DNA of 64,000 nucleotides from Alphaproteobacteria bacterium (GTDB lineage Bacteria > Pseudomonadota > Alphaproteobacteria > Micropepsales > Micropepsaceae), in NCBI GenBank assembly GCA_045810735.1, contig JBJMVL010000101.1:5187-69186 (forward strand), read 5' to 3'. Within the stretch, counting starts at the first letter, position 1; the number at the start of each line of letters is the position of its first letter. A program made the position numbers and the translations under genes. The notes beneath the pieces were generated by a model. It saw nothing but the letters and a program-made list of their open reading frames with translations. It was not told the origin of the DNA and ran no database searches. Of the stretch, positions 31,426 to 39,694 are shown piece after piece.

Positions 31426-32403
31426 CTACAGCGTCAGCAGAATCTTACCGATGTGCTGGGAGCTTTTCATCCGGTGGTGAGCGGCTTGTACGTCGGCGAG
31501 CGGAAACGTGCTGTCGATCACTGGCCGGATGCGCCCGGCTTCGATCAGTGGCCACACTTCCCGCTGCACCGCGGCACCGATGGTCGCTTTTTCCCCGTTG
31601 GTGCGGGAGCGCAAGGTCGTGGCCAACAGCGACAACCGCTTCATCAGGACAGGCCCGAAGTTCACCGTGGTGGTTGTGCCGCTCTGGTAGGCGATGTTGA
31701 CGATACGACCCCAGACTGCCGCTGTCTCGATATTGCGCTGGACATAGTCGCCACCCACCATGTCGAGGATCACGTCGACACCGCGGCCGCCCGTGAGTTG
31801 CTTTACAACCTGGACGAAATCCTCGCTCCGGTGGTTGATGGCGCGCGCAGCACCCAGCCTCTCGCATGCGGTGCATTTCTCCGCGTTTCCTGCGGTTGTG
31901 AACACCGGCTGGCCGCGCGCGGTGCAGAGCTGAATGGCCGCCGTGCCGATGCCGCTCGATCCGCCATGCACGAGCACCGTTTCGCCCATGCGCAGGCGGG
32001 CCGTATCGAACAGGTTGGTCCACACCGTGAAGAAGGCTTCCGGCAGCGCTGCGGCATCTATTGGTGTTGCGCCTTTCGGCAACGGCAGCACACATTCAGC
32101 TGGCGCAGTTGCGAATTCGGCATACCCGCCCCCGCTCAGCAGCGCACAGACCGCATCTCCAACGCGAACGTTCGACACGTCCGGACCCAAAGCCGCAACT
32201 TCTCCTGAAACTTCAAGCCCCAAAATATCTGAGGCGCCCGCAGGTGGCGGATAACGCCCTTGCGCCTGCAAGATATCGGCGTGGTTGATGCCCGCTGCCG
32301 CTACCTTGATCAGCACTTCGCCGGGCCGCGGCTGCGGCCTTGGAATATCGGCAACCACCAGCCGGTATTCCACGCCGGGGTTTTCGATTTGGATCGCTCT
32401 CAT
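31426..32403 (-). CDS. NAD(P)H-quinone oxidoreductase (zeta-crystallin/PIG3 family)
   Basis: GRYPPPAGAS, VHGGSSGIG and HIGKILL. Confidence 0.9.
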   Translation of the reverse strand: MRAIQIENPGVEYRLVVADIPRPQPRPGEVLIKVAAAGINHADILQAQGRYPPPAGASDILGLEVSGEVAALGPDVSNVRVGDAVCALLSGGGYAEFATAPAECVLPLPKGATPIDAAALPEAFFTVWTNLFDTARLRMGETVLVHGGSSGIGTAAIQLCTARGQPVFTTAGNAEKCTACERLGAARAINHRSEDFVQVVKQLTGGRGVDVILDMVGGDYVQRNIETAAVWGRIVNIAYQSGTTTTVNFGPVLMKRLSLLATTLRSRTNGEKATIGAAVQREVWPLIEAGRIRPVIDSTFPLADVQAAHHRMKSSQHIGKILLTL

Positions 32404-32466
32404 GCTCTTGCGGGTGCACGTGTTCGCGTACAGTTTACCAGCGCCGCTCAAGGACGCGAATGGTTC

Positions 32467-32667
32467 ATGCCCATTGATCCCGACGATTTAGGTCCGCGAA
32501 TCAAGACGCCGGAGTTCGCGCTGGGCCAGGATCTTTCCGCGATGTCGGAACATGAGTTGTCCGCGCGCATTGTGGCGCTGGAAGCCGAGATCGCGCGATG
32601 CCGGGAAGCAATCACAGCGCGCCAGGCGACACGCGACGCGGCTTCTGTTTTTTTCAAGCGCTCGTGA
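32467..32667 (+). CDS. DUF1192-family small coiled-coil protein
   Basis: GQDLSAMSEHELSARIVALEAEIAR...AASVFFK; the usual neighbour of rcdA. Confidence 0.8.
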   Translation: MPIDPDDLGPRIKTPEFALGQDLSAMSEHELSARIVALEAEIARCREAITARQATRDAASVFFKRS

Positions 32668-32779
32668 CGGACATAACCTCCGCAATGCACCGTGCCTCCG
32701 CCTTAATCGTTAACGCAAACGCGCGCTTGCGATCTTCCGTCGAATTGGTAGCGTGCCGAGCGGTTGGTGGAGGCGCGGC

Positions 32780-33283
32780 ATGTCTATTGCGGACTTCGAC
32801 GAGAAGTCCCTGCATGGGATGACGATGAAGAGTTTCGCCGGATCCGCATTGTTCGAGCGCACGTTTGAAGAGGGGATGTCGCTTGTCGAGGAAGCGGCGC
32901 GCTACTTCGACGGCCGCGGCCGCCAGGAAGCGCGTTCCCTTCCGGGACAGGCGGCGATGCTCTACTCGAGCGAGAGCCTGCGCGTCACAACGCGGCTCAT
33001 GCAGGCGGCAAGCTGGCTGCTCGTGCAACGCGCGGTGGTTGACGGCGACATGACGGCCGAAGACGCCGCGAGCGAACGCTATCGCCTGGGCTCGAAGGAA
33101 ATCTGCTACGGCGGACGGGTGGAAGATGCGCTGTCGCTTCCGAAAGCCCTGCAGGATCTGCTCGTGCGCAGCGAAAGCATCTACCGCCGCATCGCACGGC
33201 TGGAGCAGGTCTTGTCGGGTACGGAAAAATCCGGCGGCGTGCGCACGCAGTTTGCGCGCCTGGAGCAGGCGTTCAGCGGATAA
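32780..33283 (+). CDS. rcdA: Regulator of CtrA degradation RcdA (DUF1465)
   Basis: FEEGMSLVEEAARYFDG and ESLRVTTRLMQAASWLLVQRAV; convergent with rpmE. Confidence 0.9.
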   Translation: MSIADFDEKSLHGMTMKSFAGSALFERTFEEGMSLVEEAARYFDGRGRQEARSLPGQAAMLYSSESLRVTTRLMQAASWLLVQRAVVDGDMTAEDAASERYRLGSKEICYGGRVEDALSLPKALQDLLVRSESIYRRIARLEQVLSGTEKSGGVRTQFARLEQAFSG

Positions 33284-33291
33284 ACCGCGGA

Positions 33292-33516
33292 TCAGCTCTT
33301 CACGTAATCCTTGAAGCGCTTGTTGAAGCGGGAGAGGCGGCCGCCGCGGTCGATCAGCTGCTGCTGGCCGCCCGTCCAGGCAGGGTGGGTCGTCGGATCG
33401 ATATCCAGCGTGAGTTTGCCGCCAGCCTCGCCCCAAGTCGTGCGGGTCTTGTATGTCGAGCCGTCGTTCAGTGCGACGGTGACGAAATGATAGTCGGGAT
33501 GAACGCCCTTTTTCAT
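33292..33516 (-). CDS. rpmE: 50S ribosomal protein L31 (Cys-free type)
   Basis: [10 protein letters not shown]...[14 protein letters not shown]...[10 protein letters not shown]. Confidence 0.97.
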   Translation of the reverse strand: MKKGVHPDYHFVTVALNDGSTYKTRTTWGEAGGKLTLDIDPTTHPAWTGGQQQLIDRGGRLSRFNKRFKDYVKS

Positions 33517-33550
33517 GGCCAACTCTCGGAAAAGCTCACGGAAGCGCGCG

Positions 33551-33579
33551 CTTATAGGGGAACGGGAGAGGCCAGGCAA
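33551..33579 (-). promoter_or_regulatory. Sigma70-type promoter of rpmE
   Basis: Minus strand reads TTGCCT-N17-TATAAG. Confidence 0.6.
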
Positions 33580-33657
33580 GCCACGCGGCGATAGGCCCCG
33601 TTCGGACCGGGGCCGGGACCCACTATATGTTCTGCCAGAGCGGCAGCCGCACAGCCC

Positions 33658-35478
33658 ATGTCACAATCCGGGGAAGAATACACCAACGAGATCGCCCGCG
33701 TGGCTGCCAGCCGCGGCAAGGCTCGTTCGCTCCAGCCGCTGCGCCGCTTGTTTCCGTTTCTCGCGCCCTATCGGCTACGCGTCGCATTCGCGCTCGTCGC
33801 GCTTCTCATTTCCTCGGCGGCGACGCTGGCACTACCGGCGGCGGGACGTGGGCTCATCGATCATGGATTCAGTGCCGCGGACGCCTCGCGCCTCAGCCAG
33901 TATTTTCTCGCTTTCATCGCAGTTGCGGCGCTGATCGGAATTTCGAGCGCGACCCGCTTCTACTTCGTTACCTGGATCGGCGAGCGCGTGGTGGCGGATA
34001 TCCGCAAGGCGGTGTTCGACAACGTTTTGGGGCTGACGCCGGAATTCTACGAGGTCACCCGCACCGGCGAAGTTCTTTCGCGGCTCACGGCAGATACGAC
34101 GCTGATCCAGACGGTCGTCGGCTCGTCGGTTTCGGTGGCCATGCGCAACACGGTCACGCTGGTCGGTGGACTCGCCATGATGATGGTGACCAGCCCGAAA
34201 CTCTCGGGCCTTGTGATCGGAGCGGTGTTGCTTGTGCTGATCCCGCTCCTCCTGTTCGGGCGCTGGGTGCGCGTGTTGAGCCGCAGGAGTCAGGATCGTC
34301 TTGCCGATACCAGCGCGCACGCCTCCGAAATATTGAGTGCGGTGCAGACGGTGCAGGCCTTCACGCACGAAGCGCAGGAGCGGGCCCAATATGCCCGTGC
34401 GGTGGAGCGTTCTTTCGACGTCGCCGTGCTGCGCACGCGCGCCCGCGCGGTGATGACGGCAGTGATCATCTTCGCTGCGTTTTCCAGCATCGCCGGGGTG
34501 GGTTGGGTTGGTGCACAGGACATCATCCACCATGCGATGACTGGCGGGCAGCTGGTGCAATTTATCCTCTACGCCATTCTGGTGGGCGGGGGGGTAGGTG
34601 CGCTCAGCGAAACGTGGGGAGACATGCAGCGCGCCGCCGGCGCCTCGGAACGGCTGATGGAGCTTCTGCACATCGAGCCTGCAATCGCCGCACCGGCCAA
34701 CCCCCTAGTATTGCCTGAACCGGCGCGCGGACAGATCGAATTCCGCGATGTGGTTTTCCATTATCCCTCGCGGCCGGAACATGCCGCGCTCAACGGTTTC
34801 TCGCTGGATATCCCCCAAGGCGAGGCGGTGGCGCTGGTTGGCCCCTCGGGCGCCGGCAAGTCGACCGTGTTTCAACTGCTGCTGCGGTTCTACGCACCGC
34901 AGCAGGGAAGCATCCTGTTTGACGGCATTGATGCGGCACGCCTCGATCCTGCCGAGCTCCGCCGGCACCTCGCACTCGTGGCGCAGGACCCGGTAATCTT
35001 CTCCGGCACGATTGCCGACAACATCCGCTATGGGCGCCCCGATGCGAACGCTGCGTCTGTGCGGCGCGCCGCCGAAGCCGCCGCCGCCGCGGAATTTATC
35101 GAGACACTTCCGGATGGCTACGAAACGCCCATCGGCGAGCGGGGCGTCAACCTTTCCGGCGGCCAGCGCCAGCGCTTGGCCATCGCCCGCGCCATCCTGC
35201 GAGACGCGCCTCTGCTGCTGCTCGATGAGGCAACCTCAGCCCTGGACGCCGAAAATGAGCGGCTGGTGCAGACTGGGCTGAACAATCTGATGGCGGGACG
35301 GACAACCATCGTCATCGCCCACCGGCTCGCGACCATCCAGCGCCTGAAGCGCATCGTGGTGGTGGATCAGGGCGGGATCCTGGCCGAAGGCAGTCATGCC
35401 GAACTGGTAGCTGGCGGCGGGCTTTACGCCCGCCTTGCCGAGCTCCAGTTCAGCCAGGGCCTGGCACTGGCAGGCTAG
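33658..35478 (+). CDS. Fused TMD-NBD ABC exporter (MsbA-like)
   Basis: [28 protein letters not shown] and IAHRL. Confidence 0.93.
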   Translation: MSQSGEEYTNEIARVAASRGKARSLQPLRRLFPFLAPYRLRVAFALVALLISSAATLALPAAGRGLIDHGFSAADASRLSQYFLAFIAVAALIGISSATRFYFVTWIGERVVADIRKAVFDNVLGLTPEFYEVTRTGEVLSRLTADTTLIQTVVGSSVSVAMRNTVTLVGGLAMMMVTSPKLSGLVIGAVLLVLIPLLLFGRWVRVLSRRSQDRLADTSAHASEILSAVQTVQAFTHEAQERAQYARAVERSFDVAVLRTRARAVMTAVIIFAAFSSIAGVGWVGAQDIIHHAMTGGQLVQFILYAILVGGGVGALSETWGDMQRAAGASERLMELLHIEPAIAAPANPLVLPEPARGQIEFRDVVFHYPSRPEHAALNGFSLDIPQGEAVALVGPSGAGKSTVFQLLLRFYAPQQGSILFDGIDAARLDPAELRRHLALVAQDPVIFSGTIADNIRYGRPDANAASVRRAAEAAAAAEFIETLPDGYETPIGERGVNLSGGQRQRLAIARAILRDAPLLLLDEATSALDAENERLVQTGLNNLMAGRTTIVIAHRLATIQRLKRIVVVDQGGILAEGSHAELVAGGGLYARLAELQFSQGLALAG

Positions 35479-35918
35479 CTCGCCATCCGCTGCCGATCCC
35501 GGCGGACCTGATGTGGCTGATAGGCTTTCCGGGCGTGGGCCTCGCAATAGGGGGAACCCGTCTTCGGATTGCGGCCGCAGAAGTGGAATTCTTCTCCGCT
35601 AGGGTCGCCGATTGGCCAGCGGCACATGCGGTCATTGATCGCCAGGACGCCGATGAAGCTGCCGTCCTCGAGCTTCAGCGGCTCCTCTTCCACCACCGGT
35701 AGCTCGGGCTCGCGGGCGCGATAAAGACGGGGAGCTGAGGGCAGGCGGGGGCGGTCCACTCGCGAAGGGCTTGCACGTCCGGCGAGCCCCAGCCGATGCA
35801 CCTTTCCGATGACAGCGTTGCGGGTGATGCCTTCGCCGAGAACCCGGGCGATCTGGCTAGCGCTTAGACCTTCGGTCCAGAGTGACTTCAGATGGTCTAC
35901 CCGTTCGTCTGTCCACAT
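35475..35918 (-). CDS. gcrA: Cell-cycle regulator GcrA
   Basis: MWTDERV..LKSLWTEGLSASQIA..TRNAVIGKVHRLGL; CRWPIGDP..FHFCG..YCEAH. Confidence 0.97.
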   Translation of the reverse strand: MWTDERVDHLKSLWTEGLSASQIARVLGEGITRNAVIGKVHRLGLAGRASPSRVDRPRLPSAPRLYRAREPELPVVEEEPLKLEDGSFIGVLAINDRMCRWPIGDPSGEEFHFCGRNPKTGSPYCEAHARKAYQPHQVRRDRQRMAS

Positions 35919-35998
35919 TGGTGCCTCCCACCTCTGATACTACATATCGTATCAGCAGCTTTATTCAGCACAATAGGTGCGGGCGGGCCGCCTAGAGA

Positions 35999-36007
35999 TT
36001 GTCCACA
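35999..36007. promoter_or_regulatory. Candidate DnaA box upstream of gcrA
   Basis: TTGTCCACA, one mismatch to TTWTNCACA; DnaA activation of gcrA is established in Caulobacter. Confidence 0.55.
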
Positions 36008-36151
36008 AGAAGCCGAAGGCGCCATTTGCGTGATCCAAAGCGTAAAACCGAACGGTGTTCGGGAAAACTACGGCCGCCAAGCATACGAAAGGGGCCTAAT
36101 AATCCTGCAAAAATTGCCTCAACTTCGCAGCACCTGTTCTCATTTTGTGCT

Positions 36152-36229
36152 TGTCAGCGGCACGCTCCTTCTTCAGAAGTGCGCCTGACACGGCTCGGTT
36201 CGCGGAAAGCCCGCTTATCGGGCTTTTTT
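36152..36229 (+). ncRNA. Candidate structured small RNA / leader, family unassigned
   Basis: Hairpin TGTCAG..GCA..CTTC-TTCA-GAAG-TGC..CTGACA followed by an intrinsic terminator, with no upstream + strand gene. Confidence 0.45.
36206..36229 (+). terminator. Rho-independent terminator
   Basis: AAAGCCCG-CTTAT-CGGGCTTTTTT. Confidence 0.75.
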
Positions 36230-36597
36230 ATTGCCATCTGAGACGCTGCACCTCGAAGCATTTCCCGAAAATTTCTCATTCAGAAGGAGGACATCATGTC
36301 TGCCCTGTTTCCCCTTGCGGGTACCTAGACCCATTCGTGCATTCCCGCGCCCGATCATGATCGCACCCGACCGGCTGCTAGCGCTGGCGGACGTTGTGGT
36401 GAGAATTGCGGAGCCGAAACTCCTGTCGCGAAAAAAGTGCGTCCAAGGCCTTGCTGCGGAACCGCGCACGCATATGCGACTCCCGGAGGCCAACGCGGTC
36501 GAACACGGAAAAACGGGATGAAAATCGAGAATTTCCTTTTTTGATTCAGCGCTAACGCCAGGTGTGCCTTGTGCTCGCGCATGGTCCGAATGCATAA

Positions 36598-36628
36598 CAG
36601 GCGGCAGGGTTTTCAACCCTGCCGCCTG
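36598..36628 (-). terminator. Perfect 14-bp hairpin downstream of the Pro/Thr-rich gene
   Basis: CAGGCGGCAGGGTT-TTC-AACCCTGCCGCCTG. Confidence 0.6.
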
Positions 36629-36674
36629 CCGGAGTTGCCCACGAAGGGCTTATATCTCCACTCTCTGCTGCTGA

Positions 36675-37181
36675 TTAATCCTCTGCCGGACTCATGTCGG
36701 GCGACGCTGCATCCGGACGCGGCTTCGGATCGATCGGCCGGTAGCCGGCGTTCGGAGCACCGGCCCTCGGGCTGGCACTACGGGGAGGCGGGGGGACCAC
36801 ACGCCACGTATGTCCCGCTGTAGCGGTGGGCGTGGTTTGCAACCCGGACGTAGTTGACGGCCGGTTCACCGTCATATCGGTCGGCGCCGTCGCGGTTGGC
36901 GGCTGTGCCATCGCGCTCGGCGGCGGGCCTAGCGGATCCTGGTGCGGCTGGAATCCGGACGATGCGGTCGGCGCTGTTGCGGTCGGTGGTGGACCAAGCG
37001 GATCCTGCTGCGGCTGGAACCCTGGCGATGCGGTCGGCGCAGTGGCGGTTGGTGTGGTCTTTGCCTTGTTGGCGGTGCCCGGCACGAGGACCGCGTGCGA
37101 TTTTCCTCCCGCTGCCATTGCGGGGCCAATTGCGACCGCCGAAATCAGCGCGAGAGAACCTAACAAACAAGTGGTGCGCAT
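36675..37181 (-). CDS. Exported Pro/Thr-rich repeat protein
   Basis: AGGAG RBS, signal peptide (…GPAMA), two 22-aa repeats plus partial PTATA copies. Confidence 0.7.
   Translation of the reverse strand: MRTTCLLGSLALISAVAIGPAMAAGGKSHAVLVPGTANKAKTTPTATAPTASPGFQPQQDPLGPPPTATAPTASSGFQPHQDPLGPPPSAMAQPPTATAPTDMTVNRPSTTSGLQTTPTATAGHTWRVVPPPPRSASPRAGAPNAGYRPIDPKPRPDAASPDMSPAED
36922..37053. repeat. Two 66-bp tandem coding repeats
   Basis: AGCGGATCCTG at 36931 and 36997; encode PTATAPTAS(P/S)GFQP(Q/H)QDPLGPP; ends approximate. Confidence 0.8.
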
Positions 37182-37420
37182 GGTGCAATCTCCTGTGTAT
37201 CTGTCTCTCCATCCCATAGAGATTCAATGACCGGGAGAGACGCATGTTCCGCGCGAATACTTTTGATGATCACGGCACAATTGACCGGCGGGCGCGTTTG
37301 GGGGGCGAATTTCCGAAATAGGAGGTTTTTGTTTGCGAGGCCGGTGCATCCGGCGCGCCTTCATCTTGCTGAATGATCTGTTCATCGCGCCTTCAGGTCT
37401 TAGCCTACCTAATAAGCGCA

Positions 37421-37606
37421 ATGAGCCCGCTACAAGATCTGCATCGCAAGCGCGCCGAGTATCTTGAAAACGAGCATTCCGCGCGCACCAAGGCCACTTA
37501 TTCGGCGGATCCCGAAGACCGTTCCTACTGGCAGCAACTTGCGGTGTCCTGGCACAATCTGGCCGACCATATCGACCGGGCTATTTCCCAGGTGCATCAG
37601 CCGTAA
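37421..37606 (+). CDS. Small hypothetical helical protein
   Basis: 61 aa; WQQLAVSWHNLA pattern; fills an otherwise empty gap. Confidence 0.5.
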   Translation: MSPLQDLHRKRAEYLENEHSARTKATYSADPEDRSYWQQLAVSWHNLADHIDRAISQVHQP

Positions 37607-37624
37607 CAGCGATTTTCAGCCTGC

Positions 37625-38269
37625 TTAAAACAGCCCCGCCGCGAGGTTGATCATCGTAGCGAGGATTGCGGTGTTAAAACCGAATGCGACCAGGGTGTGC
37701 AGCGTCCCAAGCCGCCGCATCTCTCGCGAGGTGAAAGTGATGTCCGCCGTCTGCGAGGTCGCGCCGAGCACCAGCGAGAAATGTAAAAAATCCCAGTAGT
37801 CGGGATCGCCATACGCGCCGAATGAAAGTCCGCCGCGAACGCCTCCGTCATCACCGTCAAGATAATAGAGGTGCGCGTAATGGATCGCGAAGATGAATTG
37901 TACGAACAGCCACGACAGCACCACCGTGCTGCCGGCGAGCAGCACGTGCAGGCCGCTTGCCGGCTCACCTTTGGCCTGTGATAGCTCTGCGACCAGCGCG
38001 CCCACGCTGGCAACCGCGGCCAGGACGGTTGCGAACAGGATCGGATGGGCGCCAGCACTGTGCGCACTCGCACGCTCCTTCATTTGCGCCACGCCGGTGC
38101 GGTGCATGTACAGAAGCGTCAGGCTGAGGAAGAGCAACACGCCGCCGTCCCACGCGATCAGCTCGCGCCTGAACTCGTGTTGCTCCCACAGCCCACCGAA
38201 GAAGTAGATCGCCACGATCGTCGCGATCGACACGACGAGATATGGCCGGCTCCTCAGTGCACGGAACAT
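37625..38269 (-). CDS. DUF1345-family membrane protein
   Basis: FAIHYAHLYY, PDYWDFLHFS, SQTADI and FNTAILA. Confidence 0.88.
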   Translation of the reverse strand: MFRALRSRPYLVVSIATIVAIYFFGGLWEQHEFRRELIAWDGGVLLFLSLTLLYMHRTGVAQMKERASAHSAGAHPILFATVLAAVASVGALVAELSQAKGEPASGLHVLLAGSTVVLSWLFVQFIFAIHYAHLYYLDGDDGGVRGGLSFGAYGDPDYWDFLHFSLVLGATSQTADITFTSREMRRLGTLHTLVAFGFNTAILATMINLAAGLF

Positions 38270-38287
38270 CCGACGCGCGCTGAAGCG

Positions 38288-39496
38288 TTACGGCGTAAAC
38301 TGGTAGATCGCGCCTTCGTCGTCTTCGCCGCCATGGACGGTCGAGCCGAAGAAGACGTTGGGGTCACCATTGATCATGCCGCTATAGCCATAGGCGCCGT
38401 CAGGCGGACCGGAAAAACTGTGTTCCACGCTTTCCGTCCACGTTTTGCCGGAAGGCGTGAGTTTGAAGATCACACCGTCGCCGTCTGCGCCGCCTTCGCT
38501 GGTGGTGCCATAGAGGTTTCCAGCGCTGTCGAGATTGACATTGCCGATGGAACCGAAGCCGTCGGCGCCGCCGGTGAAGCTATAGAGCACCTTCTCCTTC
38601 CAACCCGCTTTATGCAGCGAAAGCTGGTACACGCAGCCCGCATCATGCGCGCCGGCGTAGTAGGTCGTGCCGTAGATATTGCCGAGGGCATCGAAGGTGA
38701 GCCCGCCGTAAGGAAATCCCGCATCCGGTTCGCCGGCGAATGAATAGAGCAGCTTGAATTTCCAGCGGCCCATGGTGTTCAACGTGAGTTGATAGATGGT
38801 ACCATTGCCGTTGGCTCCGCCGGCAGTGGCAGCGCCGTACAGGCCGCCATTGTGCAGCACCAGAGCGCCGGCCGAGCCGCCGATGCCGTCTGCGCCGGTG
38901 AAGGCGTGCAGCAGTTTGAATTTGTACGTGCCGTGCTTCGCCGGCTTCATTTCGTATATGGTACCAAGTCCATTGACGCCGCCGGTGGGCGCCGTGCCAT
39001 AGACATTCCCGCTGTCGTCGAGCGTGAGCCGCGCGCCGGGACCTTGCCCGTCATCGGCGCCGGCGAACTGATGAATGACGGTTTGCGTCCACGTTCCGTT
39101 ATTGTCGGTGAGCTTGTAAGCGACGCCGCAGCCGCCTTCGCAAACGCCGCCGCCGCCCGTCACCGCCGTGCCGTAGAGATTGCCGGCGGAATCAAGCGTC
39201 ACGCCCTTGTAAGGCTCGGCGCCATCCGCGCCGCCGGTGAAGCTGTAGAGCACGGTGTGCGTCCAGCTGCCATCCCCGTTGGGATGCAGCTGCCACACCG
39301 TACCACTGGCATGGGTGCCGCCCTGCACCGAAGTGCCGTAGAGATTGCCGGCGGCATCGCGCACCAGATCGGTATCGGTATACTCGCCGTCAGCGCCGCC
39401 TTCGAAGCTGTAGACGACAGTCGTCGTTGCGGCGTGCAGCGGCGCTGCGACGCCTGAGGTGGTGAGAAGGGCAAGAGCGAGTAACGACGCTTTCAT
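38288..39496 (-). CDS. Exported GloVer-type (TIGR03803-like) repeat beta-propeller protein
   Basis: Signal peptide; about seven repeats of VLYSF.G..DG..P...L..D..GNLYGTT..GG...G.VY.L. Confidence 0.82.
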   Translation of the reverse strand: MKASLLALALLTTSGVAAPLHAATTTVVYSFEGGADGEYTDTDLVRDAAGNLYGTSVQGGTHASGTVWQLHPNGDGSWTHTVLYSFTGGADGAEPYKGVTLDSAGNLYGTAVTGGGGVCEGGCGVAYKLTDNNGTWTQTVIHQFAGADDGQGPGARLTLDDSGNVYGTAPTGGVNGLGTIYEMKPAKHGTYKFKLLHAFTGADGIGGSAGALVLHNGGLYGAATAGGANGNGTIYQLTLNTMGRWKFKLLYSFAGEPDAGFPYGGLTFDALGNIYGTTYYAGAHDAGCVYQLSLHKAGWKEKVLYSFTGGADGFGSIGNVNLDSAGNLYGTTSEGGADGDGVIFKLTPSGKTWTESVEHSFSGPPDGAYGYSGMINGDPNVFFGSTVHGGEDDEGAIYQFTP

Positions 39497-39694
39497 GGAT
39501 GTCCCCTTAGTCCCGGGCGGGCCAGGTAATCTATCATTTCAGCGCGCATGTCTCCACTGACGTCCCATGCGGCGATTTCGGGCTATTGCGAAGAGTGCGC
39601 ATCGAGCGCCGATCGGTGCGGCAGTTGGACCAACGTCCAATTGAGCAATCCGGAGGGTGGGCAAATCATGGTTTCTTTTTAAGGAGAAGGTGCC

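Noticed and set aside
32703-32714. CtrA box upstream of rcdA (TTAATCGTTAAC)
   Set aside because: Half-sites are 3 bp apart rather than TTAA-N7-TTAA; at best a half-site
36136-36150. Alphaproteobacterial LexA box GTTC-N7-GTGC before the candidate sRNA
   Set aside because: Mismatch in the second half-site and no SOS gene nearby; too weak alone
36326-36544. TAG read-through extending the 10-codon ORF to ~80 aa
   Set aside because: The extension has no recognisable protein features and there is no evidence of recoding; other genes in the window end normally at TAG
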